Below, piece after piece: positions 45,679 through 57,375 of a stretch of DNA of 64,000 nt. This DNA comes from an uncultured Candidatus Saccharibacteria bacterium (GTDB lineage: Bacteria; Patescibacteriota; SICC01): the NCBI GenBank assembly GCA_964525455.1, contig CAZGHP010000001.1, positions 8,766-72,765 of the forward strand, written 5' to 3'. The translations under genes were made by a program, and so were the position numbers. Numbering within the stretch: position 1 is the first letter of the stretch; each line of letters starts with the position of its first letter. Under the pieces are notes generated by a model, which worked only from the letters and a program-made list of their open reading frames with translations, was not told where the DNA came from and searched no databases.

Positions 45679-48012
45679 CTAAGGCGCGCTGACGGTCAGT
45701 GGGAAGTAGATGCCGACGTCCCGGAACCAGGCGGTGCCCTCGATCACGAGATTGAAGTACTCCTTGTAGTTCCCCGGCGCCGGGCTCGCGGTCAGTGGGA
45801 AGGAGAACAGGGCGGTTTCGCCCGGGTCGATCGAGGTGTCCGCGACCGTCGCCAGGGTAGTCAGGTTGGTGACGCGGCCGTCGATGCCGCTGGCACGTCG
45901 GGGTGACAGCCACGGGTCGCTGCCCGAGGTCGTCCGGAACGCGGACGACCGGTCCTTGGGGCGGCTGGTGCCGAGCCGGAGCGGATTGCTTCCGCCGACC
46001 GGCCAGCTTGCCCGCCCTACATTGGTCACCGCCAAGCGGGCGGTCATCGTCGAACCACGAGGAAAGGAGGCAGCGTTTCCGGAAACGTCCTGTTTCTCGT
46101 ACTCATAGGCATGTGGTGGGGCGGTCACCCGGATCGGGAAGTAGATACCGTAGTCCTCAGGCAACCACTGCACGCCATCGAGGACGGGTCGTACGTAAAG
46201 CCGGTAAGTGCCGGGGTCGAGTGTCGGCGGTACGTCAACCGTAAAGCGGAACTCGCCGATTTCGCCGGGATCCACCGTGGTCTCGCCCGGGTCGGTGACG
46301 TTTGCATCGAGGGCAGAGGGACGGGTTTGGGAAATCCAGGGCTCACTGCCGCCCGTGGAGCGGAAGATCGACTGGTGGTCACGGGGCCGATCGGTACCGA
46401 GCCGGAGGTCCCCGCTGACGGGCCAGGATTCCCGGCCGGTATTGCGGAGCCGGAGGACTGCTTGCTGCTCGGTCGTCCCGCTCCCGACCGTGACTGGGGT
46501 GGAAGACTGGGATTCATAGCGGTAGTGGTAACCGCGGTCGAGTACGTTCAGGCCGAACCAGGCGCCGAGGTTCGGCATATGAACCTCACCTTCCACCAGG
46601 GGGTTGAAATACTCCTTGTGGTAACCGGGTTTGTCCGGCGCGGTCACCGTGAACGAGAACGCGCCGATCTCGCCGGTGGTGACTTCGCTGTCCGGGACGA
46701 TGGTTTCGCTGCCCGGGTCGTACCGTCCGTCGAGTCCCGAGGCGCGGTTGCCGGATATCCAGTTTTCCGAGGAGCCGGTGCCGGTCAGGCCTGTCGTCCG
46801 GAACCCACTGGTACGGTCGGTCGGGTTGGCGGTCCCGAGCCGGGTCGGATTACCGCCGCCCGCCGTCCATGGCAGCTCACCGGTATTCCTTACGAAGAGC
46901 TTGAGACTTCGGGTGTCTCCGGGGAGGAGGTTATCCGCGTCGGTTTCCGTCATGTCCGCCGGATCGGAATCCGCGGTAATCCGTTGCCCGACCCACTCGC
47001 CGCGCCAGCCGGGCGGCCGGACGGTCAGCGTGGCGCAGAGCCCCCGGTCCCGCATCCAGACCACGCCTTCGATCATCGGCGCGAAGCATTCCGGCCATCG
47101 CCCGGCGACTTCATGCGATTCGAACGTCGCCCGGAACGTGGCGAGCTGATCGGGCCCGGTGTCGTTCAGGAGTTCGATCCGTTTCGTCCCGACCCAGCCG
47201 TCGGCGCTTCCGCCGTCGGCAAAACCGCTGCCACGGTCCTGCGGACGGATCGTGCCGATCCGCGCCGGGGTGTCGCCGGTGCGCCGCCACGTCTGCTTGC
47301 CGGTATTCCATACCTGGAAGTGCAATTCCGTATCTCCGGTGAACCACATCTCCCGCGCGCCGGCGACCTGATGCGGCACGTAATCATATGCAGCCCGGCG
47401 GGCATTCACGAACGCGGACGGTCCGGTCCACGCCGCACAGCAGGGATACTCATAGCCGTGGATCGAATGGTCATATGAGCCGGTCGAGGCGTTGTATCGG
47501 GCGATCCGGATGCCGAAATGCACGTGCGGATCCCAATTCCCGTTCTGGCCACCGCGCGGTCCGACGGTGCCGATCCTTTGCCCTTTAAGTACGGCTTGTC
47601 CCGCCCTCACCTTGCGATCGTTGCCGAGATGGCCGTACAGGCTGAGCACCTTGCCGCCGGAGGTCGTCGTGTGCTCGATGATGATCAGGTTGCCCCAGCG
47701 GTAGGAGTCCGGCGTGCGGGCGGAATACTTCACCACGCCGTTCCCGGCTGCGAAGACGGCCCGCCCGGCTTGGTGGCAGGAATCCTCAGCGACGTGGTAC
47801 CCCCATCCGGAGACGTACTGCCGGAAGGCGTAGTTCGGTTTGTTGTAGGGAAAGCAGGGAATCTGGTAGCTGGTCGCCGCGGCCTTGGCCTCGCCGCTGC
47901 CCAAGCCGAACAGGCCGAGCATGAGCCCGACACAGAAGACGATTACGCAATATGTGATTTTATGTCGTATCCCCACTACCTCCGTAGTATCAAATCGCCG
48001 CCGGTACTGCAA
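45679..48012 (-). CDS. large secreted protein: N-terminal M23 (LytM) peptidase domain plus ~5 copies of an unassigned ~110-aa repeat
   Basis: M23 motifs YGHLGNDRKV..GQ.V.KGQRIG and HVHFGI. The repeat carries RNTG..W..G...RLGT.RP.DR.S.F ... PGE..F.F ... G.YKEYF.PV.EG..W. Confidence 0.75.
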   Translation of the reverse strand: MQYRRRFDTTEVVGIRHKITYCVIVFCVGLMLGLFGLGSGEAKAAATSYQIPCFPYNKPNYAFRQYVSGWGYHVAEDSCHQAGRAVFAAGNGVVKYSARTPDSYRWGNLIIIEHTTTSGGKVLSLYGHLGNDRKVRAGQAVLKGQRIGTVGPRGGQNGNWDPHVHFGIRIARYNASTGSYDHSIHGYEYPCCAAWTGPSAFVNARRAAYDYVPHQVAGAREMWFTGDTELHFQVWNTGKQTWRRTGDTPARIGTIRPQDRGSGFADGGSADGWVGTKRIELLNDTGPDQLATFRATFESHEVAGRWPECFAPMIEGVVWMRDRGLCATLTVRPPGWRGEWVGQRITADSDPADMTETDADNLLPGDTRSLKLFVRNTGELPWTAGGGNPTRLGTANPTDRTSGFRTTGLTGTGSSENWISGNRASGLDGRYDPGSETIVPDSEVTTGEIGAFSFTVTAPDKPGYHKEYFNPLVEGEVHMPNLGAWFGLNVLDRGYHYRYESQSSTPVTVGSGTTEQQAVLRLRNTGRESWPVSGDLRLGTDRPRDHQSIFRSTGGSEPWISQTRPSALDANVTDPGETTVDPGEIGEFRFTVDVPPTLDPGTYRLYVRPVLDGVQWLPEDYGIYFPIRVTAPPHAYEYEKQDVSGNAASFPRGSTMTARLAVTNVGRASWPVGGSNPLRLGTSRPKDRSSAFRTTSGSDPWLSPRRASGIDGRVTNLTTLATVADTSIDPGETALFSFPLTASPAPGNYKEYFNLVIEGTAWFRDVGIYFPLTVSAP

Positions 48013-48030
48013 AAAGGCGAGTATTCGCCG

Positions 48031-50793
48031 CTACGACCCGGGAGTCGGCGAGGGAGACCCGGACGTGCCGGCTGACGATGTGACGTTCAAGGGAATGAAC
48101 AACGCATGGTCGGGGAACCACGCTACGCCTTCCTGGACGAGCGAGAAATATTCCTGGTGGCTGCCGACCTGCGCGGCCGTCAGGGTAAAGCGGAAGAGCG
48201 CGACCTCGCCCGGCTTGATCTCGTCGGCCGGAACCATCGCCAGGGTGGCGAGGTCCGTCACCTTGCCGTCGATGCCGCTGGCACGGTTGGTGGCCGACCA
48301 CGGGTCGCTGCCGGCAGTGGTACCGAACGCGGAGCCGCGGTCCTGCGGACGGGCCGTCCCTAGCTTGACGGTGTTCGCACCCGTGACCGGCCAGGCGTAA
48401 CGCCCGGTGTTGCGGACGGCGACCCGTACCTCGACCTGGTCGTCCAGTGACAACTGTCCGGGATCCCGGGAGTAGCGCTTGTCCAGGACCTCGTAATCAT
48501 AGTTCGCCGAGGTGATCGTCACCGGCAGGTAGATGCCGAGGTCCGGCAACCAGGTCCTGCCCTCCTGCACGAGATTGAAGTATTCTTTGTAGCTTCCCGG
48601 ATTGAGTGACGGGTCGACCTTGAGCGGCACCGTGAACTGCGCGACTTCGCCCTGCTTGATCTCATCCGCGGGCTGGACTTGGTCGCTCGCACCCACCTTG
48701 CCGCCGATCTGTGCGGCACGGTTCGCACTGAGCCAGCCGGTGCCATCCTCGAGCACCGCGAAGCCGGAGGGCCGGTCTTGCGGACGGAACGTCCCGAGCC
48801 GGACCGCGTTGTTGCCGTTTACCGGCCACGCGGTCTGTCCGAGGTTCTTCACCCGGAGGACTGCCTCGATCACGTCGCCGTACTTGGCGTCGGACGGGTC
48901 TTCGGAGTAATGCTGCTCGACCACGGCATAGTCGTATGCCGGCGATTCCACTTTCACGGGTACGTACATGCCGTAATCCTCGGGGAACCAGCCTTCGCCT
49001 TCCGCGACCGGCCGGAAATACTCCTGATAGCCTCCGTCCGGCTTGGTCTTGCTCTCGACCGCGAAGTCGAAACGGGCGACTTGGCCGGGGTCCACTGCAT
49101 CTTCGCCCGGCGCATCCGCGACGTCGTCGATCGTGCTGGCGCGATTCGGCGCGACCCAGTCGTCTCCCCGGAACGCCGAACTGCGGTCACGGGCGCGGTC
49201 GGTGCCGAGCCGGACGTTGCCCCCGACCTGCCACGGCTTTTGGCCGGTGTTCCGGAGGTACAGTCGTGCCGTGGCATCACCACCTTCGAAAGCGACCGGA
49301 TCCGGGTTCTCCTGCTTGACCCATGCGTAATGGTAGCCGCCCGGCAGTACCCGTAGCGAGAAGTACATTCCGAGGTCGTTCAACCAGCGGTCGCCCTCGA
49401 GTACCGGCCGGAAGTATTCCTTGTAAGTGCCGGGCTTGCTCGGTGCCTTGATCGTGAAGGAGAAGACCGCGATTTCGCCCGGATCGATCTTCGGGTCGGC
49501 GAGGACTTGGTTACTGGATGGGTCGAGCCGCCCGTTCAGCCCGGACGGGCGGCTGGCACTGATCCAGCTCTCGCCGCTCGGTACCCCGTCACGCGACGTG
49601 GTCGCGAAACCGCTCCGCCGGTCGCGTGCCCGGTCGGTAGCAAGTCGGAGCGGGGATGACCCGCCGCTGTGCCACGCGAAGTCGCCAGTATTCTTGATGT
49701 AAGCTTTCAGGTTGATTTTCCTGCCGCCCGCGAGGTAATCATCCTGGTCGGTGGTCGCTCGGGAGGTCGGCGACAGTTCGAGGTGGGCGCTCTGGCCGTG
49801 CCACTGCGCCCGATACGTGTAGCCCTGCACCTTGATGCCGGCGTAGATTCCGATATCGTGCATCCAGCCGACGCCCTCCACCACCGGCGTGAAGTACTCG
49901 CGGTGGCTTCCCGGGCCGACGTGGCTGTTGTTGAACCGTGCCCGGAAGACTCCAATGTGCCCCGGAGGTGTGTCGGATTGCAGCGCGATCCGGTTGGGGG
50001 AATGCCAGCCATGTCCGCCCATGCCCTTGGAGAACGTGCTGTTCCGGTCGCGCGGCCGTGAGGTGCCGAGCCGGACGGCATTCTCGCCGTTGGCCTGCCA
50101 GGTCACCTGCCCGGTGTTCTTCAGGCGGAACTCGACATAATGTTCTTCCGTCTTCGCCCGGGTGCCGCCGCCACTCTGGCCGACGTACTGGTAACTGTAG
50201 TAGTTCTGCCGGGACGTAATGTAGCGGCTGGGGTGCGCGTAGCTTCCCAGTTTACTCGCCGGCTCATAACCATGGATCGCCGACCAGTAGGTACCGGTGG
50301 CTGCCCCGTACGCACCAAGCCGGACCGCGAAGTGGAGGTGGTCTCCCCAGCGTCCGTTCTCCCGGGTATTGCTCGGCCCGATCGCGCCAATGTGCTGCCC
50401 CTTGCTGACCCGCTGGCCGGCACTGACGCGGCGGTTATTGCTCAGGTGTCCGTACAGGCTGGTGGCCTTCGAGCCGTCCGGATTGGTGTGCTGGATCATG
50501 ATCAAGTTGCCCCATCGCCAGGAATCCGGCGTCAGGGCGGAGTAGACCACGGTACCGTCGGCGATCGCATGGACCGGCGTGCCGGCGCTGCAGCCGATGT
50601 CCTGGCCGGCGTGGTAGCCCCAGCCGGAGACGTATTGGCCGAAATTATAGCCGGAAAGCTGGTACGGACTGCAGGGGTACTGGTAGCTGGTGGCAGCAGC
50701 CTCGGCGCGTGCGGGGCTGCCGACGATACCGACCAGAACGGCGGCGACCGCAGTGATTCCAATCAAAAGCCTGGCTGTGTAGCTGCTGTGCAT
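48031..50793 (-). CDS. paralogous large secreted protein: M23 peptidase domain plus 5 copies of the same ~110-120-aa repeat
   Basis: Signal peptide; M23 YGHLSNNRRV...HLHFAV. Five repeats share VRLGT.RPRDR.S.F and G.Y.EYF.PV.EG..W blocks. Its N-terminus is paralogous to 45679-48012. Confidence 0.75.
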   Translation of the reverse strand: MHSSYTARLLIGITAVAAVLVGIVGSPARAEAAATSYQYPCSPYQLSGYNFGQYVSGWGYHAGQDIGCSAGTPVHAIADGTVVYSALTPDSWRWGNLIMIQHTNPDGSKATSLYGHLSNNRRVSAGQRVSKGQHIGAIGPSNTRENGRWGDHLHFAVRLGAYGAATGTYWSAIHGYEPASKLGSYAHPSRYITSRQNYYSYQYVGQSGGGTRAKTEEHYVEFRLKNTGQVTWQANGENAVRLGTSRPRDRNSTFSKGMGGHGWHSPNRIALQSDTPPGHIGVFRARFNNSHVGPGSHREYFTPVVEGVGWMHDIGIYAGIKVQGYTYRAQWHGQSAHLELSPTSRATTDQDDYLAGGRKINLKAYIKNTGDFAWHSGGSSPLRLATDRARDRRSGFATTSRDGVPSGESWISASRPSGLNGRLDPSSNQVLADPKIDPGEIAVFSFTIKAPSKPGTYKEYFRPVLEGDRWLNDLGMYFSLRVLPGGYHYAWVKQENPDPVAFEGGDATARLYLRNTGQKPWQVGGNVRLGTDRARDRSSAFRGDDWVAPNRASTIDDVADAPGEDAVDPGQVARFDFAVESKTKPDGGYQEYFRPVAEGEGWFPEDYGMYVPVKVESPAYDYAVVEQHYSEDPSDAKYGDVIEAVLRVKNLGQTAWPVNGNNAVRLGTFRPQDRPSGFAVLEDGTGWLSANRAAQIGGKVGASDQVQPADEIKQGEVAQFTVPLKVDPSLNPGSYKEYFNLVQEGRTWLPDLGIYLPVTITSANYDYEVLDKRYSRDPGQLSLDDQVEVRVAVRNTGRYAWPVTGANTVKLGTARPQDRGSAFGTTAGSDPWSATNRASGIDGKVTDLATLAMVPADEIKPGEVALFRFTLTAAQVGSHQEYFSLVQEGVAWFPDHALFIPLNVTSSAGTSGSPSPTPGS

Positions 50794-51290
50794 TTGTGTA
50801 TTCCGCGAACCCCAAAAATTGTGTTATCTTAGCAAAAAAAGGATGCTTTGTCAAGTGTTTTTGGCTCATTTAAGCGGTTTTTAAACCAGCCCGTACATTG
50901 CGGGGAACAAAACAGAGCCCCGGCGCACGCGCCAAGGCCCTGTTTCCCTCTCGGGGTTTTTTTGTTGACGGTCCCTAGGAACCGATAAATGCCACAGACG
51001 GATCAATCCGCCGTGTTTTTGTTTTCATTACCAGTCTACGCCCCGGGTCGTATTACCGGAAATAATCCGCCAACTAAAAAGTGACTTAGTTAAGGAATAA
51101 ATGCTTTACTTCATACATCCCGGATTTTCCATATCGGTCGTGGATGGGGAAAACCCGCACCTTTCAAATTTCTCGCCCTGCTGTCAAGTGCCGAAGCGGG
51201 GTGCCGGTCATATCTTGTGCACGGTTGCTTCGGGGCCGGTACGGCCCGCGCCCGTTCGGCTGGCTCCCGCAGGCCGGGTACACTGAGGGC

Positions 51291-52400
51291 ATGCTCCCGT
51301 CCGCCGCCCTTTGGCTCGCTCCGCTGCTGGCGTTTACCGCCGCGATCTTGCTGACCCCGCTGGTCGGCCGGTTTGCCCGGCGCGTCGGCATCGTCGACCG
51401 GCCGGGTGGACGGCGGATCCACCGCAGCGTGACGCCCCGCCTCGGCGGTGCCGCGGTCCTCGGTGCGTTCTTCGTCGGATTCTTCGTCTTCTTTCCGGAA
51501 CTCGCGCCGAACTTCCGGCCCGGGCAGCTCCTCGTATTCTCCCTGACGGCCCTGTTCCTGTTGGCAGCCGGTTTCGTCGACGACTGGCGCGGCCTGCCGC
51601 CGGTCGTGCAGTTGGGAACGCATGTCCTTGCCGGGCTTTCGCTGGCTGCGGCCGGGATGGCGATCGAGGAAGTCACGAACCCGTTCGGCGGCAAGATCCC
51701 ACTTGACCAGTTCCAGTTCGTGCCGCCGTTCGATGTCGGGGGGCGGACGCTGAACCTGCCGGCGGACCTGATCACCGTGGTATGGGTGGTGCTGGTGATC
51801 AATGCGATCAACTGGCTCGACGGTCTCGACGGGCTGGCGGCCGGGGTCGGTGGGATCGCGGCCCTGACCGTCGCGCTGCTTTCGCTTTCCGCGGTGGTCG
51901 GCCAACCGCACGTCGCGCTGCTGGCCCTGCTGCTGGCCGGTAGCCTGGCCGGGTTCCTGCTCTATAATTTCCATCCCGCCCGGATCTTCCTCGGCACGAT
52001 CGGTTCGACGTTCACCGGGTATGTACTGGCGACGCTGGCCGTGATCTCCGGCGGCAAGGTCGCGACCGCGTTCCTGGTGCTCGGGTTCCCGATCCTCGAC
52101 GCGTTGACCATCGTCATCCGCCGGATGGCCGTCGGCGCCGCTCCCTGGCAGGCCGACACCCGGCACCTCCACCATCTCCTGCTCCAGCGCGGCTTCAGCG
52201 TGCGCCGGGCGGTCCTGTTCCTATATGGTATTTCCGCGGTCTTCGGCGTGACGGCGCTCCTGGCCGGCACCACGAGGCGCAAGGTCCTGATGGCGGCGTT
52301 ACTGGTCCTGTTGCTCGGCGGGTTGCTCCTTTGGCTGAGCCGGACCGCGCTCATCCCGCGGGAGCCCCCTACAGGGAGCGGCAGGAAGACGGTAAGCTGA
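51291..52400 (+). CDS. wecA: UDP-GlcNAc:undecaprenyl-phosphate GlcNAc-1-phosphate transferase family (WecA/TagO-like, MraY superfamily)
   Basis: DRPGGRRIHRSVTPRLGG and NAINWLDGLDGLA motifs. The N-terminal pattern fits WecA rather than MraY. Start at the Met at 51291 after a GAGGG RBS. Confidence 0.8.
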   Translation: MLPSAALWLAPLLAFTAAILLTPLVGRFARRVGIVDRPGGRRIHRSVTPRLGGAAVLGAFFVGFFVFFPELAPNFRPGQLLVFSLTALFLLAAGFVDDWRGLPPVVQLGTHVLAGLSLAAAGMAIEEVTNPFGGKIPLDQFQFVPPFDVGGRTLNLPADLITVVWVVLVINAINWLDGLDGLAAGVGGIAALTVALLSLSAVVGQPHVALLALLLAGSLAGFLLYNFHPARIFLGTIGSTFTGYVLATLAVISGGKVATAFLVLGFPILDALTIVIRRMAVGAAPWQADTRHLHHLLLQRGFSVRRAVLFLYGISAVFGVTALLAGTTRRKVLMAALLVLLLGGLLLWLSRTALIPREPPTGSGRKTVS

Positions 52401-52406
52401 AGACCT

Positions 52407-52658
52407 ATGGCCAAGAAACTTACGGCAAACAAAGGATTCTGGATTGGTGTCTCGCTATTGGCGCAGGTCACGGCGTTGCTCGCACTGACCGCGCTCGCCG
52501 GTTATGTGATCGACACGTCGTTCGACACGGCGCCGTTCGGACTGGCCGGCACCGTCATTATCGGGAGCGTTACCGCGACCATCGTGGTCGTCCGGGAGGT
52601 CTATAAGCTTTCCGCGGACATCAGTAGCGACGCGGACGGGAAGAACCGGAAGCGCTGA
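52407..52658 (+). CDS. atpZ: AtpZ/AtpI-like small membrane protein preceding the ATP synthase genes
   Basis: 83 aa, 2 TM, placed directly upstream of atpB. Confidence 0.5.
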   Translation: MAKKLTANKGFWIGVSLLAQVTALLALTALAGYVIDTSFDTAPFGLAGTVIIGSVTATIVVVREVYKLSADISSDADGKNRKR

Positions 52659-53452
52659 TGGCCGTCGAACTCCACACGCCGGCGCTTCACGCCGAGCCGC
52701 TCTTCGAACTTTGGGGAATACCGATTACCAACAGTATCCTCGGGACCTGGCTCGCGATGGCCTTGTTGCTAGTGTTCCTGGGGCTTGCCACCCGCAGGCT
52801 CCGGACGGTACCACGCGGCAGCCAGAGCCTGCTGGAGATCCTGTACGAGCAATTGTCCGGCATCGTGAACACGGTGATGGACAACGAGCGACTGGCCCGG
52901 CGCTTCACGCCGCTGATCGTGACCGTATTCCTCTTCGTCCTGTTCTCGAACTGGGTCGGCTTGCTGCCCGGTTTCGGCACGGTCGGCGGGCATGACGCCC
53001 ACGGTGAATTCGTACCACTGCTGCGGGCCGGGTCGGCGGACCTCAACCTGACGTTCGCGATCGCGGGTGTCGCCTTTATCGTGGTACAGACGACCGGCAT
53101 CGTCGTGGTCGGCCTCTTCAAATACTTCGGCAAGTTCGTCAACCTGAGCCACCTGTTCAAACGCCCGTTCAAGGCCAGGAACCTCCTGATGGTCATCCCC
53201 ACGTTCCTACTCGGTCTCACCGAACTGATCTCGGAAATCGCCAAGTTCATCGCGTTGTCCTTCCGGCTTTTCGGCAACATCTACGCGGGCGAGGTACTGC
53301 TCGTCGTCTTCGGGACGCTCCTGCCGGTGTTCATCCCGCTTTCCGCGCCGTTCTATCTGCTGGAGATCTTCGTGGGACTGATTCAGGCGTTCGTCTTTGC
53401 TATGCTGACTATTGTGTTCATCAAGATCGCGTCGCTGGCGCATGACCATTGA
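52658..53452 (+). CDS. atpB: F0F1 ATP synthase subunit a
   Basis: Conserved Arg in LSFRLFGNIYAGE. Confidence 0.92.
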   Translation: MAVELHTPALHAEPLFELWGIPITNSILGTWLAMALLLVFLGLATRRLRTVPRGSQSLLEILYEQLSGIVNTVMDNERLARRFTPLIVTVFLFVLFSNWVGLLPGFGTVGGHDAHGEFVPLLRAGSADLNLTFAIAGVAFIVVQTTGIVVVGLFKYFGKFVNLSHLFKRPFKARNLLMVIPTFLLGLTELISEIAKFIALSFRLFGNIYAGEVLLVVFGTLLPVFIPLSAPFYLLEIFVGLIQAFVFAMLTIVFIKIASLAHDH

Positions 53453-53477
53453 ACCGACGAAACGAGTAATTAACTAA

Positions 53478-53705
<228 letters not shown>

Positions 53706-53846
53706 CTTCCCCGTGCGTCCGGCCGCGCGGATTCACCGTGAACACGCCGCCGGATATGCCTGAGATCGGATTGCACATTTGGCTTGTCGGTAACAGCGTG
53801 TTCCCCAGTGAACCCGCACGGCATCATCACACGAGATACGTAAGCA

Positions 53847-54392
53847 ATGGAGATACTTGAACAGTTCGGGATCGAAGGAAAACTGCTGCTGGTACAGTTC
53901 GTTAACTTTGCGATCCTGTTACTGGTCATCTGGAAGTTCATCCTGCCGCGGCTGACCACGCTGATGCGCGACCGGGAGCGGCAAGTATCCGATTCGCTGA
54001 AACAGGCCGAGCAGGCCCGGAAGGACCTGGCGGCGGCGGAAGCGAAGCGCGCCGAGGAACGGGAAGAAGCCCGCGCCGAGGCGGAGCGGATTGTCGCCGA
54101 AGCCAAGGATATCGCCACCGGCTCCGCCCGGAAGATCCTCGAAGAAGCCCGCCGGGATGCGGCCGCGCTCCGCGGCCGGACCGAGGCGGCGCTCGGCCAG
54201 GAACGCGAGGCGCTTCGCAGCGAATTGCACCGGGAGCTCGCCGTGCTGACCGTCGAGACGACCCGCAAGGTCCTGACCGACGTGGTGAAGCCCGCAGACC
54301 AGAAGCGGCTGGTCACGGCCGCGGAGCGCTATTTGGCGAAGCAAGCCAAGCCGGCGCACGCGAAGAAACCGGCCGGGAGGAAGCGTGGCTGA
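53847..54392 (+). CDS. atpF: F0F1 ATP synthase subunit b
   Basis: N-terminal TM plus a long charged helix, in operon position. Confidence 0.85.
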   Translation: MEILEQFGIEGKLLLVQFVNFAILLLVIWKFILPRLTTLMRDRERQVSDSLKQAEQARKDLAAAEAKRAEEREEARAEAERIVAEAKDIATGSARKILEEARRDAAALRGRTEAALGQEREALRSELHRELAVLTVETTRKVLTDVVKPADQKRLVTAAERYLAKQAKPAHAKKPAGRKRG

Positions 54393-54899
54393 GCTCGGGG
54401 CATACGCCGGGGGCTTGCGCCAGGCCGTGGCCGATCCGGCCGCCGCGTGGCGGGAACTTGCCGGACTATCGGAAGCACTGGCCACGGAACCCGAGCTCAA
54501 GCGGGGCCTGATCGACGCCGCCGCCCGCCGGGAGCCGGCCCGCGGCAAACGCCTGGCGGCGTTGCTGCGGCCCTGCAGCCGTCCCGTCACGAAGCTCGTG
54601 GAACTGCTCCTCGCCGAACAGAAGATAGGCGCGGTCCGGGAACTGGCCGACGCGTTCGCCCGGAAACTGGCTGGCGAAGGGTTCGTACGAGTGCACTTGG
54701 AAACGCCGGAACCGCTCACCGCCTCGGCGGAACGGGGCATCCTGCGTTCGCTCAAGGTCGACCCCCGCCGTGCTTTGGTAACCCATGGACGGAACGAACG
54801 GCTGCTCGGGGGCGTCCGGGCCACCGTGGACGGCCGCGCGATCGACGCGAGCCTCGGCGGTCGGCTCGACCGCGTGGCTGAAGCGATAGGAGGTGCCAT

Positions 54900-54903
<4 letters not shown>
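54385..54903 (+). CDS. atpH: F0F1 ATP synthase subunit delta (OSCP)
   Basis: Operon position and OSCP-like helical N-domain. Confidence 0.8.
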
Positions 54904-56399
<1,496 letters not shown>

Positions 56400-56400
56400 C

Positions 56401-57246
56401 ATGCCGAATACCCGCGACATCAAGCGGCGGCTCGGCTCGATCGACAACATCCGGCAGATTACCCGGGCGATGGAGATGGTGGCCGCGACCAAGATGCGCC
56501 GCGCGCAGGACGGCGTGCTGGCCGCGCGCGCGTACGGCGAGAAAGCCCGCGAGCTCCTCACCGCGGTAGCGGCGGAGGACGTGGGTCATGACCAGCCGTT
56601 ACTCGTACGCCGGCCGGTCAAGCGGACCGCCGTGGTCCTGATCTCGACCGACCGCGGGCTTTGCGGAGCGCTCAATACGAACGTGCTCAAGGCCGGCCTC
56701 ACCGCGGCCGGTTCACCCGGTCAGGCGAGCTTCATCACCGTCGGCCGGAAGGCGGAACAGGCCCTGGCGGCCCGGCGCCTCCCACTGGCGGCTAGCTTTA
56801 TGGGGCTGCTCGACACGCCGCGCTACGAGGAAGTGCTGCCGATCGCGGAACTCCTGATCAGCGAATTCACGAAAGGTACGTTCGACGCGATCGACCTGGT
56901 GTACCCGCGGTTCGTCTCGACGCTCCGGAACGAGCCGGTCACAGAGCGGCTGCTGCCGTCCGACCTGCCGGAACGGGAATCGGGATCCGCGGCGCTTCTC
57001 AGCTTCGAACCGAGTGCCGAAGAGGTGCTCTCCGCGCTGCTCCCGCGCCTGATCGAGATCAGCCTGTTCACGGCCCTGCTCGAGACCAAGGCCTCGGAGC
57101 ATTCCGCCCGCATGCTCGCGATGCGAAACGCCACCGGCAACGCCGAGGACCTGCTCGAAGGGCTCCAGCTTTCGTACAACCGCGCCCGCCAGCAGGTGAT
57201 CACCACCGAGATCGCGGAGATCGCCGCGGCATCCGCGGCGAAATAA
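56401..57246 (+). CDS. atpG: F0F1 ATP synthase subunit gamma
   Basis: IKRRLGSIDNIRQITRAMEMVAATKMRRAQ N-terminus and the C-terminal helix of gamma. Confidence 0.92.
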   Translation: MPNTRDIKRRLGSIDNIRQITRAMEMVAATKMRRAQDGVLAARAYGEKARELLTAVAAEDVGHDQPLLVRRPVKRTAVVLISTDRGLCGALNTNVLKAGLTAAGSPGQASFITVGRKAEQALAARRLPLAASFMGLLDTPRYEEVLPIAELLISEFTKGTFDAIDLVYPRFVSTLRNEPVTERLLPSDLPERESGSAALLSFEPSAEEVLSALLPRLIEISLFTALLETKASEHSARMLAMRNATGNAEDLLEGLQLSYNRARQQVITTEIAEIAAASAAK

Positions 57247-57324
57247 GCTTCTTGACGCTCCACGCCCAGCGGGTACGATGAGCCCGAGGGGCCTCATCAC
57301 GCGCCTCGATTAGACATAAAAGCA

Positions 57325-57353
57325 TTGACGGAAAGGTTCTCGTGCGCTACAAT
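57325..57353 (+). promoter_or_regulatory. near-consensus sigma70-type promoter (TTGACG, 17 nt spacer, TACAAT) upstream of the Zn-ribbon gene and rplY
   Basis: Read directly; ~20 nt before an AGGAAC RBS and the ATG at 57376. Confidence 0.5.
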
Positions 57354-57375
57354 GCCTCAACCTGAGGAACCACCC

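Noticed and set aside
50960-50991. TTGACG...TAAATG promoter candidate upstream of wecA
   Set aside because: The spacer is only 14-15 nt, so it is not reported as a feature
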